64,000 bases of DNA from Pecten maximus (taxonomy: Eukaryota), in assembly GCF_902652985.1 (NCBI RefSeq), contig NC_047022.1:30008001-30072000 (forward strand). The letters run 5' to 3'. A program made the translations under genes and the position numbers. Positions 25,476-39,180 of the stretch are shown here, in pieces. The notes under the pieces were generated by a model, which made no database searches, was not told the origin of the DNA, and saw only the letters and a program-made list of their open reading frames with translations. Each line of letters opens with the position of its first letter. Position 1 is the stretch's first letter.

Positions 25476-26681
25476 GTCTCCGTACTAGAACTAAACAATG
25501 GGACTAAAACGACCGAAATGTTGAGTAACCAGGAATGAAATGTATGAGGAAAATCAAACTCAATTAATAGTTTGACATAATACCAGGTAATAATTGCATG
25601 TTTTAATGCCATAAATATCTGATAGGAAACACATCGGCTTGTTCAAATTTGAAAAGTTTTACATATGCAAACCGATCTTTTTAACATTATTTAGTGTCAC
25701 AGCTTTGGATAAAGTAGGTATTAAACGTTAGTCCTTTGCAAGGAGCCACCTTCCATGAATCCACCCAGGCAACTCATTAATTAGCATCTTACCATCTTAA
25801 CCAAGTAAGACTTGGTATATTAACGCGATATGTTATGAATCATGAACATACTGTATAGCCGGTTATTTTCAAGGTGATGATATTTTCACTATTTCGCGGG
25901 TAAGGTAGTGGTTGTGAAAATATGATCATTGCAATTATAAGACACATATACCTGTAAATATTAACCGCTAACTTAATTACGATTAAGTTTGTCGTAATAT
26001 GATATTGCACTGTGATTAGGCTACTCGGTATGTTGTACATGTTGACCAAAGCAGTGTGTGGTCAGTTGATAGGTGGATAAATGTATACAAACAAAAAAAA
26101 AACGTGAAAACTTATTTTGGTTAGAATTTAATTGTTTCGTTTTATATTATGAAAATCGCAAAAAAAAAAAAAGATAACCGCTGTACGGTATATTACTTTC
26201 TCTCGATTGGATATAAATGTTAGCTACAATTTATCTCGGTTTTATTTTACTGTAATACAGGAGTTAAATGCTTTAACTTTTGTTAGGAAAGGCGCGTGGA
26301 CATTTGAAGTGTACAACCGTATTAATATAGAAGTAGTGATGAACCAGACACATTAAGCTATCAATGAAAGTCAAATACAAACAAATGTAATAGACTGCAT
26401 AGGAAAATGTACTTGTTCAATTGATTAATGGTGATCAAAACACTTTTACATTATTAATTACGGAAATATACAATTTCTAATAATTTATGCGAGCAAGTCA
26501 TATTTCTTCATTGATAAACGACAAACACGAGTATCCTTGGATAATTTACGTTTTATTGATGAGTAAATGATTCCAGGTAGAACGAAATTTTTTTCACAGT
26601 TTTCTGTCTTCTTCATTTTCATTGGTATCTGCAGGTGTCATAAGGTAAATGTATAGACTCTACGAATCTAGTAACTTATGC

Positions 26682-29600
26682 TCATTTACTGAGTCTTACG
26701 GTTACCTTTGGAGAGTCGGCTGTAACAAGAAAAGATGAAATTTTAGACTGAGATTGAGATAGTTCCGTTGTTCATTCACTCTATAATAGAAAAGAAGAGA
26801 AAAGAAATGCCGATACTTACTGTCGATCAGCTATTAGTCGGATATATCCATAAAGGTGTAATTTATATGTAATCTTTGTTCTTAAATTTATGTTTTTCCA
26901 TGTAATATATATATATCTGTTGGAATATATTTTTTGTATGTATCTTATCTCGTATATTTTGAATGTGATGTTTATACTTTGTTTGTGATGTTAATGTGTA
27001 TCCTATATAGAATATTTTGTGATGGTAATGTGTATCCTATATAGGATATTGTGTATGTGATGTTTATGTGTTTTTGTATGTTTATGTGTATTAATATCAA
27101 TACTTTTCTCGTGCTTGCGATAGTGCATGCTTTTGCATATATGTGCTGCTAGTTTACATCCACTATCGTATGCTATCTTAATCTTACTCACTTGTTCCCT
27201 TGATTTTCAGTTTCAGCTTCCGGTCCTTTAATAAGGAGAAGTTAATGGTTTTCAGCGTGACTCCACTCTTCTTGACTTTGATGCAGTAGTCGCCCTTGAA
27301 GAACCTCTGGTTTTTGTAGGTTTTCAATTTCCCACTCCAGTTAGTTCTCCATTTGTCGTTTACAAGTTCCACGTATTTCTCGCCGGCTTCGTTCAGCTAA
27401 AAACATATGACAATAAAACAAATTGCATGCACCTTTATAATGACTATTTACTCTCATAAATCTTTTGAATCAAAGACGAGTACTAGTGTTTGGTCCAAAG
27501 ATAGCATGTTACCTTGAAGCGGTTATTTCAAATGGAGACATGATTATAACATTATTACTTACAACAATTGGAATTGTATCCGTTGTCAAAGTATCATCTG
27601 GCCACTGGATAGAAGGCCCCCAGAATCCCCATATAATGATGCCCGCCACCTTCTCATGACTAAAGTACATTGTCATGGCCTCGTCCATTGCCACGGCTTT
27701 CTCTGTATTGTTAGTGCCACGAATGGAAAACTCCGTTACCCAGATAGGCGGACCAGCCTCGGCCACCTTGTCCAGACGGTACTGCAACGATAGTAAGATG
27801 TGTCAAATATCCGCCATATAACATCAAGAACAAAAATCGTATCCCTAGGTTATAGGTCCCTAACGCCTTAACCCAAGTCTTGCCGAGGCTGGGTTTAAGA
27901 TTTGACATCTACACACAGAGAATGTATATCAGTTAAACAGATGAATGTGTGTATGAAGAATATGATTCGCGATTCAGAGGCCCTACGTATAGCTATACAT
28001 TTTATTTGTGTAATGTTGTATTATTATCCTCATAAAAAAGTTTAGAAAAAAGGAAAGAATAAAACAAAAATCCTTTCCACTTCGAAGATATTTACGAAGA
28101 AAGATAAATTATTAACACCATGCAGCAGCTATTTTAAGTCTGATATTTTCATACCATGCAATATTCTTTTCTCTATAATGCTTTTTGTATAATTATCCAG
28201 AGTATGATTATCTTTTGTATATCTGATACAAAACTCTTTAAATTCAGAAAAATCGTCATATTTAAATTAGTTCACACTAAGCAGAACTAGTGGCATAGTA
28301 CGTAACATTTTCATCTGAAGATCTATAATGAACAAGTGTTAGGCACTTCATACGGAAGAGCACAGTTGAAGAAATTCTACAAAGATTTATTTTCTCACAT
28401 CAGCTATCATGTAATTAAAAAGCGTTAAGTTAAATTTGAATATCTGCCTAATAGTCAAGGACAGTTATGTCTGACAGTGTTAAAAATGAGTACCTTAAGT
28501 TGAGTCATATCTATTTCTGTGGACGCAAAATGACTTTGAACTCCAACACCATGAATTGGTACTTGTGAATCTACAAAACTCTTGGCTTGGTTCATCATGG
28601 CCTGTTTACGACAGATATTATGACAATAAGCACAAATGATATGTTAAGAATATACCAGGGACATACATACGTCCCTGGATATACGTACTGCCCTCGTTTC
28701 TTTATTACATATGTAAGGTTAAGTTTTCACATATATTTTATTATCTTATATATATATATACACACACATTATCTTTCCACCAGTACCTGTGTATTCTAAG
28801 TAGAGTGTATACAGAAATCAAGAAAGTAAAACTAAATATTCAAACAATTTCCATTCTTGCGGTACTAAGTATTTTTAATGCCATTTTTGTACTATTTGCA
28901 TTTTAAAATACATATTGACAACATTGTAAAGATTGACACAGCCGGGTATTACAAACACATACCGTAGTGTATACGCCTTTGTTGAAAATAGCAAAGTCGT
29001 TAAGAAATAGTTTAACACTTGGGTCTTTCAAGTTCATATCCCGGAATATATCCATGGTGATATCTACGTTTCCGGTCTTCCTCTCGTAAAAGTCGTCATG
29101 TAGAGCCTCGTTGTTGACATCCCAATGGGCTAGCCTAAAGGAAATAAGATATTTGAAGAATGGAATAGAATTATATTCCTCGAATAGCCTCACATCTTAT
29201 AAATAATTATTTCATGATAGTCCTGTGTTCTTTGACAAGGTATACATATTGAAAAATCACTGATCCAATATAATAAAAAAAATAAAAGTAATCACAACCG
29301 TGTAAAGGCAAATACTGTTTCACAGTGACATGAAAATGATAAAAATGCTGAAGTCTTGATGTCGTGAGTATTACACCATTTATGCTATATTTATTCATGA
29401 GAGTAAACATGTTTCGTCTTTTATTTACATCAAAACATTATCATTATACGAGGGATGATTGATCAGTTGTGAGACTCCTATTGAAGGATTTGAATTTTGT
29501 CGAACATTATGTATTATTTTTCAACATAGTCCCCTTCAGTATCTATACACTTTTCCAGTGGTGTTTAAGGGCCTCAATGCCACTTTTATAGTACTTCTTT

Positions 29601-32600
29601 TTTGGCTGTTCAGAAAGTCATCCATTGCATGCTAGGGCTAGGGTTAGGATTAGGGTGCCTGAAACAGCTGTTTTCAGTTTTGGAAATAGATGAAAGTCTG
29701 ATGAAGCGAGATCAGGTAATAAGGCGGCTGCTCAATCAATTAAAAGCCAATCGTTAATGGCAGCCATGGCAATGATAGACTCTTTCACCCTAACCCTAAC
29801 CGATTTTGTCCATTTTGCAAAAGCCGCTTGTCTTGTTTACTTTAGAGTGCTACCTCGTCGATAAAAATAACCAAATAAGACAAGTCCATGGTACACAGCC
29901 CTATATAGTCAGAGAATAGTAGGACTTGAAAAGGAACATCCTTGAACACCTAATTCAAGGCTCACAACTTAAAATCAGCCCTTGTAGTTAACTTATGCCT
30001 AACTCACCAAGCTAATCAATCTGATTGACAAGTAGTCTGCAGATCAGTATTGTGAATTTGTAATTCCCGTCATTTCAAGAATGACTTGTGTTTTATCTCT
30101 GTTTATTGTTTTAAAGGTATCACATTAGCCGTGATAGCTCAGTTAGTTAGAACCCCGGCCACCTAATATCAAATGGAGATCCGAGGTCGGACGCTCCTTA
30201 CCGTTGTCGGCTTGTGTTTTTCGGGATGCTGCCGCGGTTGGGTCCTTTGGCCAGACCCTTGACCATAATCGCCCCGGATGGCATGCGACGGGACCCCCGT
30301 ATGTTGTTCAGTGAAGTAGTCACCAACTACTACAAGGAATCTTCTCCTTAAAATTTTCCCTAGTTGTTCACTGGTCGATAAACCTAGAAAACAAACAAAC
30401 ACATAAAAATGCATTACCTCCCTTTTGTGAGTGTGACGGCTTCATTAATCCTCTCTTTGATCTTGGTCAACATCTCCGCCGGATCCGGTAATACTCTTTA
30501 CCCAATCAGGAACCCATTCTTCTACACCCCAGAAGACGTTGTGTCCACGTAATGACAATCTGAGATCCAATTAAACAACATGATTAATATATGTGAGGAT
30601 CGGAATGAACCTAAATTGGCACCACTATTCAAGGGTTGCTTACTTCACACTCACGTTTATTTGGGTGAGGATTTCCCCGTTCAGATATCCCAAGTAACAC
30701 ACCTATAGTCCGTTTTAACCGAAACAATAGTTGTAGGTAACGTTCCTTATGTTTGCTAGGTAAAATTACAAAATATAAAGCAAATTTGATTTCATGTCTT
30801 GTTTTATGTTAATATAATTCAGATGAATACTCGTATTCGATTTGGTTTAAAATAACATTGTTAAGCTCTTGAGACCATAAGAATTTATATACATACCCGT
30901 TATCCAATAGGTCATTGATCGTTGCGTTAGCATCGTCAAACCTTAATTTACCCTGTTGGTATAATCATAAAAAAAACTCATGATATCAAAGGTGCTGATA
31001 ATACTTTGTTAATGATCATTATGTAATAAGGATTATTGACTGTATTATTGCATTATGACGGAAAAGGGGCTATGTATCGACCATATATTTATCTATAGCA
31101 ATGGAGATATAAGTTCCAAAAAATATTAATTATTTTTGGACATATTGATATTTGTGATGATGAATAATCATGATTGATGATGAAAGAGAAAAACACATTA
31201 CATGTAAGTGTTAGATAATGTATGGTGAAAGTGGGTGTCATGTCATTATTATGTATTATGTTAAAATTCTTGCAAAAATCAAATAAATATAAAAAAAAAA
31301 CAAAAAAACAATAGTTCCAAAATCAAATAAACCACACATGCTGTTACTGCTGGAAATGTACAAGGAGAAATAACGTTTTTATTATAAAGCTACCTCGGTC
31401 CATCTCATGCCTTTCCACTTGAGGGCGTTTGCCAGTACGGCCCATTCTGGTTTAAGAGTATTGTATACAAAGTCGTTGTAGAAAGAATAACTTGAATTGG
31501 TCCAAAGTTTGGCCTTTACTGCAGTACCGTGTGCGAACTCGCTACGCTTCTGCTCAACCTGAACACAAAACGACAATTCATTTTATTATTGCATCCTTTA
31601 AGACTTGCATGTAAAATGTTTGTTGTTTGCCATTAAACTATAGTTCTGGCAGGCTTAGAAAGCTTGTCTGACAATGTTAAGGGACTCGGGTCAAGCTAAC
31701 GTTTATATTCAGCCTTTTCCTCATTGCAACGTTTTCCATAAAATAGCGCTCGTTTTATTTTCAGTGCCAGAGTAGCCTCCCTCGTGTTTAATTATTGTAA
31801 GTTTTAGTAACGTATTCATTCTTACCTCTATTGTAAAAGTCTTCAATTTAATTCCTTTGACTTTTCGTACTCTTGAAACAGTAAACGAAAACATTGTCAA
31901 CAACAAAGAAACAAACAGAAGCTCCTCTCAGCAAATGTCTGTTAGAACGATCACAAAACGAATTATTAATGATAAAATTAACTACTAAACAGCGGCCTAA
32001 GTGCATCTACGGTAGTTTTAATGATACAGACATTTTCTAGTAATAACGCTTCAATCCATATAATATATCCGTGCCCAATTGCATTCATACTACTCAGACG
32101 CAATAAGCCACAATTCGAACACAGCATGATGAACATTGAAAGTCTAGTCGTTTGTGAAAACGTTGAGGTCAAGTAAATTTTAATATCTAGCAATGAATGA
32201 AAAATACATATCAAATGAATAATGACGACATGAATATTTAGTCCTAGCCTATAATCATATACATGAATGATGGATTAATTACGTCACCGAAGACAACGTG
32301 AAATTAATGACGCCATTATAGATGAGGTAAAGTCGTTTATCAATATAAAGGGTAACATTAAAACAAGATAAGATATTCAAATTCAATTCTCGATGAAATT
32401 ATTTTATTGTATCGTATTTCAACGTTGATCTGATCTTACATGATATTTAATTTGGCCTTGCGATAGAGATCAATATTGGATTCAGCCTTTGATCGCCAAT
32501 TTGGGTCCGGAACGAGTTCTACAAGGCTTCCGTCATCGAAAAAATAGTTTACATCCTTTTCCTCAATCTGAATATAAATTTTGATCTCTTTGATATCTGA

Positions 32601-35600
32601 AAATGCACAAATCAGAAAGAGCAATGCATACATATTCTGTATATTTCAAGTCGAAGTGAAAGTTTGGAATATAGAGGAAAGTTTAATACGTTTACTATTA
32701 GCCAACCCCAAAAAGAGCCAAGAAAGCAAAACATTTTAATTTAAAGAAATTGCATTCATGTTAATATAGTTGCTCCACAAGAGATTTTTATGTATCGACT
32801 TTTTGGGAGTTTGAAGTCCCCACTCACATTTTTCCCTTTATGAAATGATAGCCTACTTACTTTCCGGGAGTTTGAAGTACCCGCCCACATTATACCCTTT
32901 ATGAAATGATAGCCTACTTACTTTCCGGGAGTTTGAAGTCTCCGCCTACCTCCTGCCATGATCCCGGTCGAAGACGAGGATGAATAGCAATGTTGGAGTA
33001 TTTCTTAGTCCCTGCGAGAAGTGTTAATTAAAGTAGCTTAAATATAGTCTATGAATTCTTTAAAATATATACGTAAGTATCTTAATGTACAGATTTCTGT
33101 GTGTAGATTTTGCTTTCTACAGTACTATTACCAGAACATGTATGTGATTTGTTCACCTACCATCACGTGATGTAATCGTTAGGTCACCTATAAAAAAATT
33201 ATGAAATTGATACACTTGTCATCACTAACGTTAGTTATATAGTGTTGTATGTTTATGATTGGTTCATCTATCGTCACGTGCTATGATACGGATTTGTAAA
33301 ATTTCAGAACATGAACATTAGAATCAATAAATAAATGAATAAATAAATAATTATGATAGTAAAGAATATTCAAAAAAAAACAATCAAACAAACATTCTTA
33401 TAAATACATCGTATACGAAGTGCTGATGTATCATAACAAATGATCGGAACCTACCGTCGAGTGTTTCTGTCCTAAGCTTCACAATCACGTCATGATACAA
33501 GTGGCCAGCCGCTAAGTTTTGTAACTTGATGTAACCAACAAAAGCGTACATTTTACCGGAAGTGACATCGGGTGAACCAATCAAATAACCAAGTCCTGCC
33601 CAATTAGCTGATCTGAAGGCAAAAGAAAGACAAAATAAGAAGCAGCTAAGTTCGATAGAACAAACATTCATTTCAGCATAATTATACAACAAATTACCTT
33701 AAAGATTTTGATGTATGAGAATTGAGATCGAGTGTACACTTTCGTATAAAAATCAGACATTTTCCATGGTGACTGTATGAGCTTCCAAAACCTGTGTTTT
33801 CATTCGTTTTTACTTGATTACTGCGTCAGCTTCCATCAATATTACTTAACTTAAGAAGGATCCTTATCTTACAGTTTTCCATAGCAATGCATTACAGAAC
33901 CTAACAAAGATCCTTAAGCAAGAATGTTTCCTTTAAACCAATGATGATTCTGTATAGAACGAGCAACGGTAAAGAAACATGGCCCTGGCATGTTTTATTA
34001 GCAGCTCTATAGATAAATTTATTCAGTATCTTATATTCATAGCACAAAAATAATACAAAGAAATTACTGGAAATTAAGTTACTAATATATGCACGATCGT
34101 ATCATTGCAACCTATCTAAACTTCATATACACAATACATTTTATAACACAAAATGTAGTAATATAGGATTTTACCCGTAATAATACAATATTTGCTATTT
34201 ACATGAAGGTTTTCTTGGCATTTGCTTCGTTTAAAAGCAGGTAAGAACTTAAAGGTGCTACACCTCCAACAGATAGTATTTATTATCAATTAAAAACACG
34301 AATAGTCTCGTATGTATTTTTTATTCAGCAATGAAAGTTACACACATTATTACCACCCTCGGAAAGTTTCTTCTTCTTATTTATCTTTAAAATTCAAAAA
34401 ATATAAATAATTAATTGCGTCCCGAAGAAATTCCACTTCGCTCCGCCTCCATATTGAATGAAATACTGATTGCACATGCGCCGAAAACAAACACAAACGA
34501 GCAGGAACCAAATGGCGAAGCGAGGAAGGCAACATGTGCTAGCCTAACATCTCCTATAAAGAAGGAAGCATAAATTAAAGCAAGTGAAGGATTTCAATCG
34601 CAGACTGCACAGACAGGTGGGATTATAAACGAGAATGGAATCGGAACACATGCGGAAATGACACAGTTGAGTTTTTGTCGGAGAGGCAAGTGTGTAACGT
34701 ACACACGTACGTAGTTGAACGTTCGGTCTGTTGTCATCTTTACTAAAAACCGTAAGCATATGATGCGATTGAATCAATGGCTAAGATTCTTTTGTAATAT
34801 GTAGTGATTGCAGATTCACTATTATAATACTTACCAGGTTAAACCTGTTGATACATCACACGTGTATCAAACCAACGAAATGGGGCCGAAGGGGGTAACG
34901 CTAAGAAAGCGTTTCGGTTCGTGGGCGGCAACATGCTGCAGAGGATCGTGATTTTTCGCAACGGATATTATTGAAATGTTTATTTAATTTTTATTTTCTG
35001 TTTGCATCCAAACCTCAGCATTTAAAATTTGTAGTTATGATAGGCGACATGCAATGTATAGTTGCCCCAGCCCAGTGAATCTAAAACAATAAGTCCATCA
35101 CATTTGTTTTCTTCTGTATGTAAATCTCTCCCAGAATGCACTGAGATCAAGATCAAGTGTATGCAAAGTAGATTATAATGTTTAAAAGTTCGTAACTTCT
35201 TGGCTTCATTACGACAATATTTGACGTTATAAAATAGTTTTTTTATTTGTAGGTCTCTAAAAGGTATACATATCTGGACTAAATATCATTTATTGTTAAA
35301 ATAATAACAATCTATTACATTCTGTCGGAGGTGTAGCATCTTTAAATGTTAGGAAACGTATACATATAGAAACGTGATCTGTTCATTCGTAGACATCCAC
35401 CTGTACTATTGTCCAATTACTATTGCTCGCTATGGTACCAAATACACATACGCAAGAATGGTGTGTACATGTATATCAATTAACATGAGTTACCATTCAT
35501 TTGTTCAGTAGTAATGTTCTGGACCGATACATTTAACGTGCCAACGGAGGAGGTGTTAAATCAGAATCTATGATCTCATTCTGTATTTGTTGCCTGTCTG

Positions 35601-35876
35601 GTTTTTATATCGATACTTTTCTATTCCATTAAGATGTGTTCGTGTATTCAATTATAACATATTGATATTACGTAGTACATTGTACCTCCCTGTGATGTGG
35701 ACACTCTGCGCCCCGCCATGTTTCTCCGTGGTACTGATGGTCCAGGAACATCCCGATTTACTCCAGTAGGTCCCTAGGGTAACATCCTCTAGGTCTCCAT
35801 TCCCTAGTATGTTAGTCCCAGCCGCGCCCAGGACGAAGGTCCCCAACAGGAGGAGGAAGGCAGGTAAAGACGCCAT
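26682..35876 (-). CDS. Secreted GH10 endo-1,4-beta-xylanase-like protein, paralog B (13 exons; one +1 indel in exon 8 as sequenced)
   Basis: Exons 35876-35686, 33612-33455, 33011-32922, 32596-32440, 31871-31826, 31558-31394, 30952-30897, 30559-30418, 29134-28963, 28601-28494, 27781-27563, 27396-27192, 26719-26682. Signal peptide MASLPAFLLLLGTFVLGAAG; CBM4_9-like NILGNGDLE...YFFDDGSL; GH10 motifs NALKW, RGHNVFW, WDVNNE (acid/base), LFLNDF, GVGVQSH, IWVTE (nucleophile), WGFW. AATAAA at ~26555. Exon 8 is 142 nt vs 141 nt in both paralogs. Confidence 0.9.
29449..29984 (-). mobile_element. Internally deleted mariner (DD34D) element with TIRs and TA TSD in xylanase B intron 8
   Basis: TA|cgagggatgattgatcagttgtgag ... 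ctcacaacttaaaatcagcccttg|TA. Minus-strand remnants MDKIG, IAMAA, PDLASSDFHLFPKLK and KSGIEALKHHW...TEGDYVEK*. Confidence 0.88.
30126..30335 (+). mobile_element. tRNA-headed SINE-like element
   Basis: Begins gccgtgatagctcagttagttaga (tRNA D-arm/A-box-like), has a GC-rich body and a short (cta)n tail. Not a complete tRNA. Confidence 0.5.
32795..32945 (-). repeat. 61-bp tandem triplication of the exon 3 end + splice donor in xylanase B
   Basis: ACTTCAAACTCCC(G/A)(G/A)AAA|GT recurs at 32922, 32861 and 32800; the first two copies share GTAAGTAGGCTATCATTTCATAAAGGG. Confidence 0.9.
34253..35341. mobile_element. Non-autonomous Kolobok-like DNA transposon in xylanase B intron 1
   Basis: TTAA on both sides; TIRs aggtgctacacctccaacaga / tctgtcggaggtgtagcatct; no ORF. 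Confidence 0.8.
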
Positions 35877-35904
35877 AGATCTAACCTGCCACCGGACAGT
35901 GATG

Positions 35905-35981
35905 TGATTATATATCACTAGGACTCGTCCTTTTATTTGACCCTAACATTCTTTCTCATCGTGTTTAAATTTTGATTGGTT
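35905..35981 (-). promoter_or_regulatory. Core promoter of xylanase B (CCAAT + TATA-like)
   Basis: Sense AACCAATC at 35981-35974 and ATATATAA at 35915-35908. The same arrangement occurs upstream of A (23797-23790; 23738-23729) and C. Confidence 0.55.
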
Positions 35982-38900
35982 CACTGATAATTGTAAACTC
36001 TGTTATAGGTCATTCTTACAATAATGGATACACACATAATAAATACATTTGACCTCGGGGGCAAAGTAAAATAAATTGGCATATATCTTAGTACCATTAA
36101 GATAATGTACGTCATAAGAATCATGCGTGTCGCCCAGCACAATACAGCATTGCAACAAATCCGTAGTTTGTGTAAGCAATTCCTGAAAATATTTTCATTT
36201 TATACTCTATAACCAACATAAAAACTAGAATTAAAAGACGGACAGTACTCAAACGGACCAACTAAAAGCACGTCTAAATATAAAATGCTGAATAAATTAT
36301 CAATAAAACTGTAACAAGGTTGGTTAATCATACTGGACTATAATCAAACCATATTATCAAGTGAATTCGGCATATTTTGAGAGTTGAATAATAAGATCTC
36401 ACAAGAACTTAGAAGGGCAGTATAGTATTTCCACCATTAAAAAATTTCACCGAGAATAATCCTATCTTAAGGGCAGCTTGGCCGCGTGGTTAAATATAGG
36501 CTTACTTTAAAGTTACACGTATACTGACTAACATGAGTGTTTCTAAGGTAGACGGAGCAATGCGAACGATGTACCATTCTGATGTAATTTATTTTGGATT
36601 TGAACTGCCTATACTAATTTTAATATACATAGTGTCTGTACAATTGTCCGGATAATCGAAATGACATATTACTGAAGATTTGTCTGATTTTGTATTAAAA
36701 AAGCATTTCAGAAGGCAGCACCGGAATGCTTTCCAGATTTTTTCAGAGCTATATATGTATTTCGACATATTTAATACATCATATAGAAGTTCATCAGTTA
36801 CTGTGTCTCTACATTACACACATTGTGTGGTATCATCACCCTTTCCATCTCTATGAATACCTTTCCCTCTTTTGATCTGATAGTCATGTATTGTGTATGT
36901 TTCTTTTTTATCCTCACTATAATTAGTGCAAAGCAATTTTTATGCGATAGAAACTCACGCCAACCAGACTTAATCACACAGAGAACACACACTTATTGTG
37001 AACAGTAATTTGCGATTGTTAATAAAGACAAAGTGGCGATCTTACCACAGCAGTCGTACATGTGAAAGCGCTGACCGGGTATTGTTTAATGCAAACAAAA
37101 TCTAAAGCTCTTTTTAAACACATTTCGTCCATTTGGAGTTGTATTGAAACTATTCATCTTTCGTGAATTATTATTTTAACTTGTTACAAAAACGATAAAC
37201 ACTTTTCAGATACCCGTATCAATCATTAAACACATTTCATGAATCATAACGATAAAGGTAAATCAGACAAATCACTACACTATGGTATTTTCTAATTGCC
37301 CCTGTATGTTGTCACAAAATCACTATGCTAATGTTATTATATTTGCGAGCAACTATTCTGCCCTTTTTTCCCATTATGCAGGCCACCAGGTATAGAAACT
37401 GAGATTAAAACCATAATCGGTCTTATCAGACTTAATCAAAAGTATGGGTACCATTCAATCTCGATACATTTATGAATGATACCGAAGAACAAAGTCAGAA
37501 CTCGTATAATTTAGATTTATAACATTAACTTTTGTTGTATTACCGATGTTACTTATATGTTATCTGTCCGAATACAAGAATATCTCAGGTTCCATCAAAT
37601 TTATTTAATAACGCTACATGTAGACATGTGTTCGGTACAATAATGGCGATATTCTGGGTGTGCAGACAAAATCTCATTACAGTGTGGAATTAGTTTTAAA
37701 AGGGTAAGGCGGCCTAGCATACATATCGCGTTATATATGTATATATAAGTAATTCAGTGTAAGAACCAGCTGAGCAAATAAATCGCATACTACACTATCC
37801 CACAGAAAAGAAAATTGTTCGGGAGACCCATAATTCACAAATAAATAAATGAATAAATTTGATATTCTTAATAGATTTAATAATGTTCAATACTGGATTT
37901 AAAAAGAACATGATGGATATATGCATATTATGAATCGTGATAGTATTCGAACTTTATCATACATTTGGATTGTCAGTATCATCTAAGATGAATAAGAAAT
38001 TTGAAGACATGAGCAGTAATAATGCATACACACCGACTTCAGATTTGTATTGTTTGTCGATTTTAGTACAATATAACCACCTTTGCTGCTTTGCAGTATT
38101 TAAAGTGAATATCATTTGAAGTTATTGATAATTATTATGTCAATGCAGGTAAAAGTAAAATTCTTACATCTTTAATAAATTACTATTTCAGCAACAATTC
38201 TATGCTAGGTTGTTGTTTGTTTTACATATAATGTATTGAATGACATCGGCAAACAAGTGACAGGCCACGCCAGGCTTACTTATATATGACACACGAGACA
38301 TAAATATCAGTGATCACACCAGTAAGTAGTGCAATTATACATCTACAACAAAATGTCTCTGTCTGCAGATTATATACAAAATGTCGACGTTGAAAGCAGC
38401 CATGTATATAAGTTACATTAAGTATAACATAAATTCGTTGATGAGTATGTAGATGTTCTGTTTGTTCTCGCAATTGTAGTCGATTGTTAACATTTGCGTT
38501 AGTTTTTAGCCCATCATCTGATGATTGTTGGCTTTTCAAGCAAAAATCAGCCAAAAAGAATCCCTCTTGCATCTGATGTTATTTCCCTAAACTTCCTTTT
38601 GAAGTTCCAATATTTTCGTCCCTAGATAAATAATCTCTAGTCCTCAAAAAACGAAAAACACATTAAAAAGAAGGTTTATATTCATTATTCAAAATATAGC
38701 TAATGTATTACTAAATTTACAAAAGCTCCTACTCACTTGTGTTTTACTGTTATGTATTTAAAAAAACGCATTACTCTAAAACATAACGTACTGATTATAT
38801 CAAATGTATTAGTTTTTATGTCACTATGTACTTGTCACCATGAAGTGATAATGTCCCAATACTAACATTCGATGACTTAATGAATTGATGTAGTGATATT

Positions 38901-39180
38901 GACGTAAGAACATTTTGTTATCTCCTTTTTATATTAGCAATGCAAAACAAATGAATCCATAGTCAGCGTAAGTCTGTTTTAAAAACATTTCGTCCATTTT
39001 GAGTAGTATTGAAACTATTCATCTTTCGTGAATTATTATTTTAACTTGTTACAAAAGATATAAACACTTTTCAGATACCCGTATCAATCATTAAACACAT
39101 TTCATGAATCATAACGATCACTAAACTATGGTATGTTCTAATTGCCTCTGTATGTTGTCACACAATGACTATGATAATGT

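Noticed and set aside
27184-27191. ORF-track stop (KGTSE*; also QGTST* at 59646) as the true xylanase C-terminus
   Set aside because: A conserved donor and a conserved small terminal exon exist in all three paralogs.
30126-30200. tRNA gene
   Set aside because: Only the 5' A-box/D-arm part resembles a tRNA; there is no convincing T-arm or acceptor stem. Treated as a SINE head.
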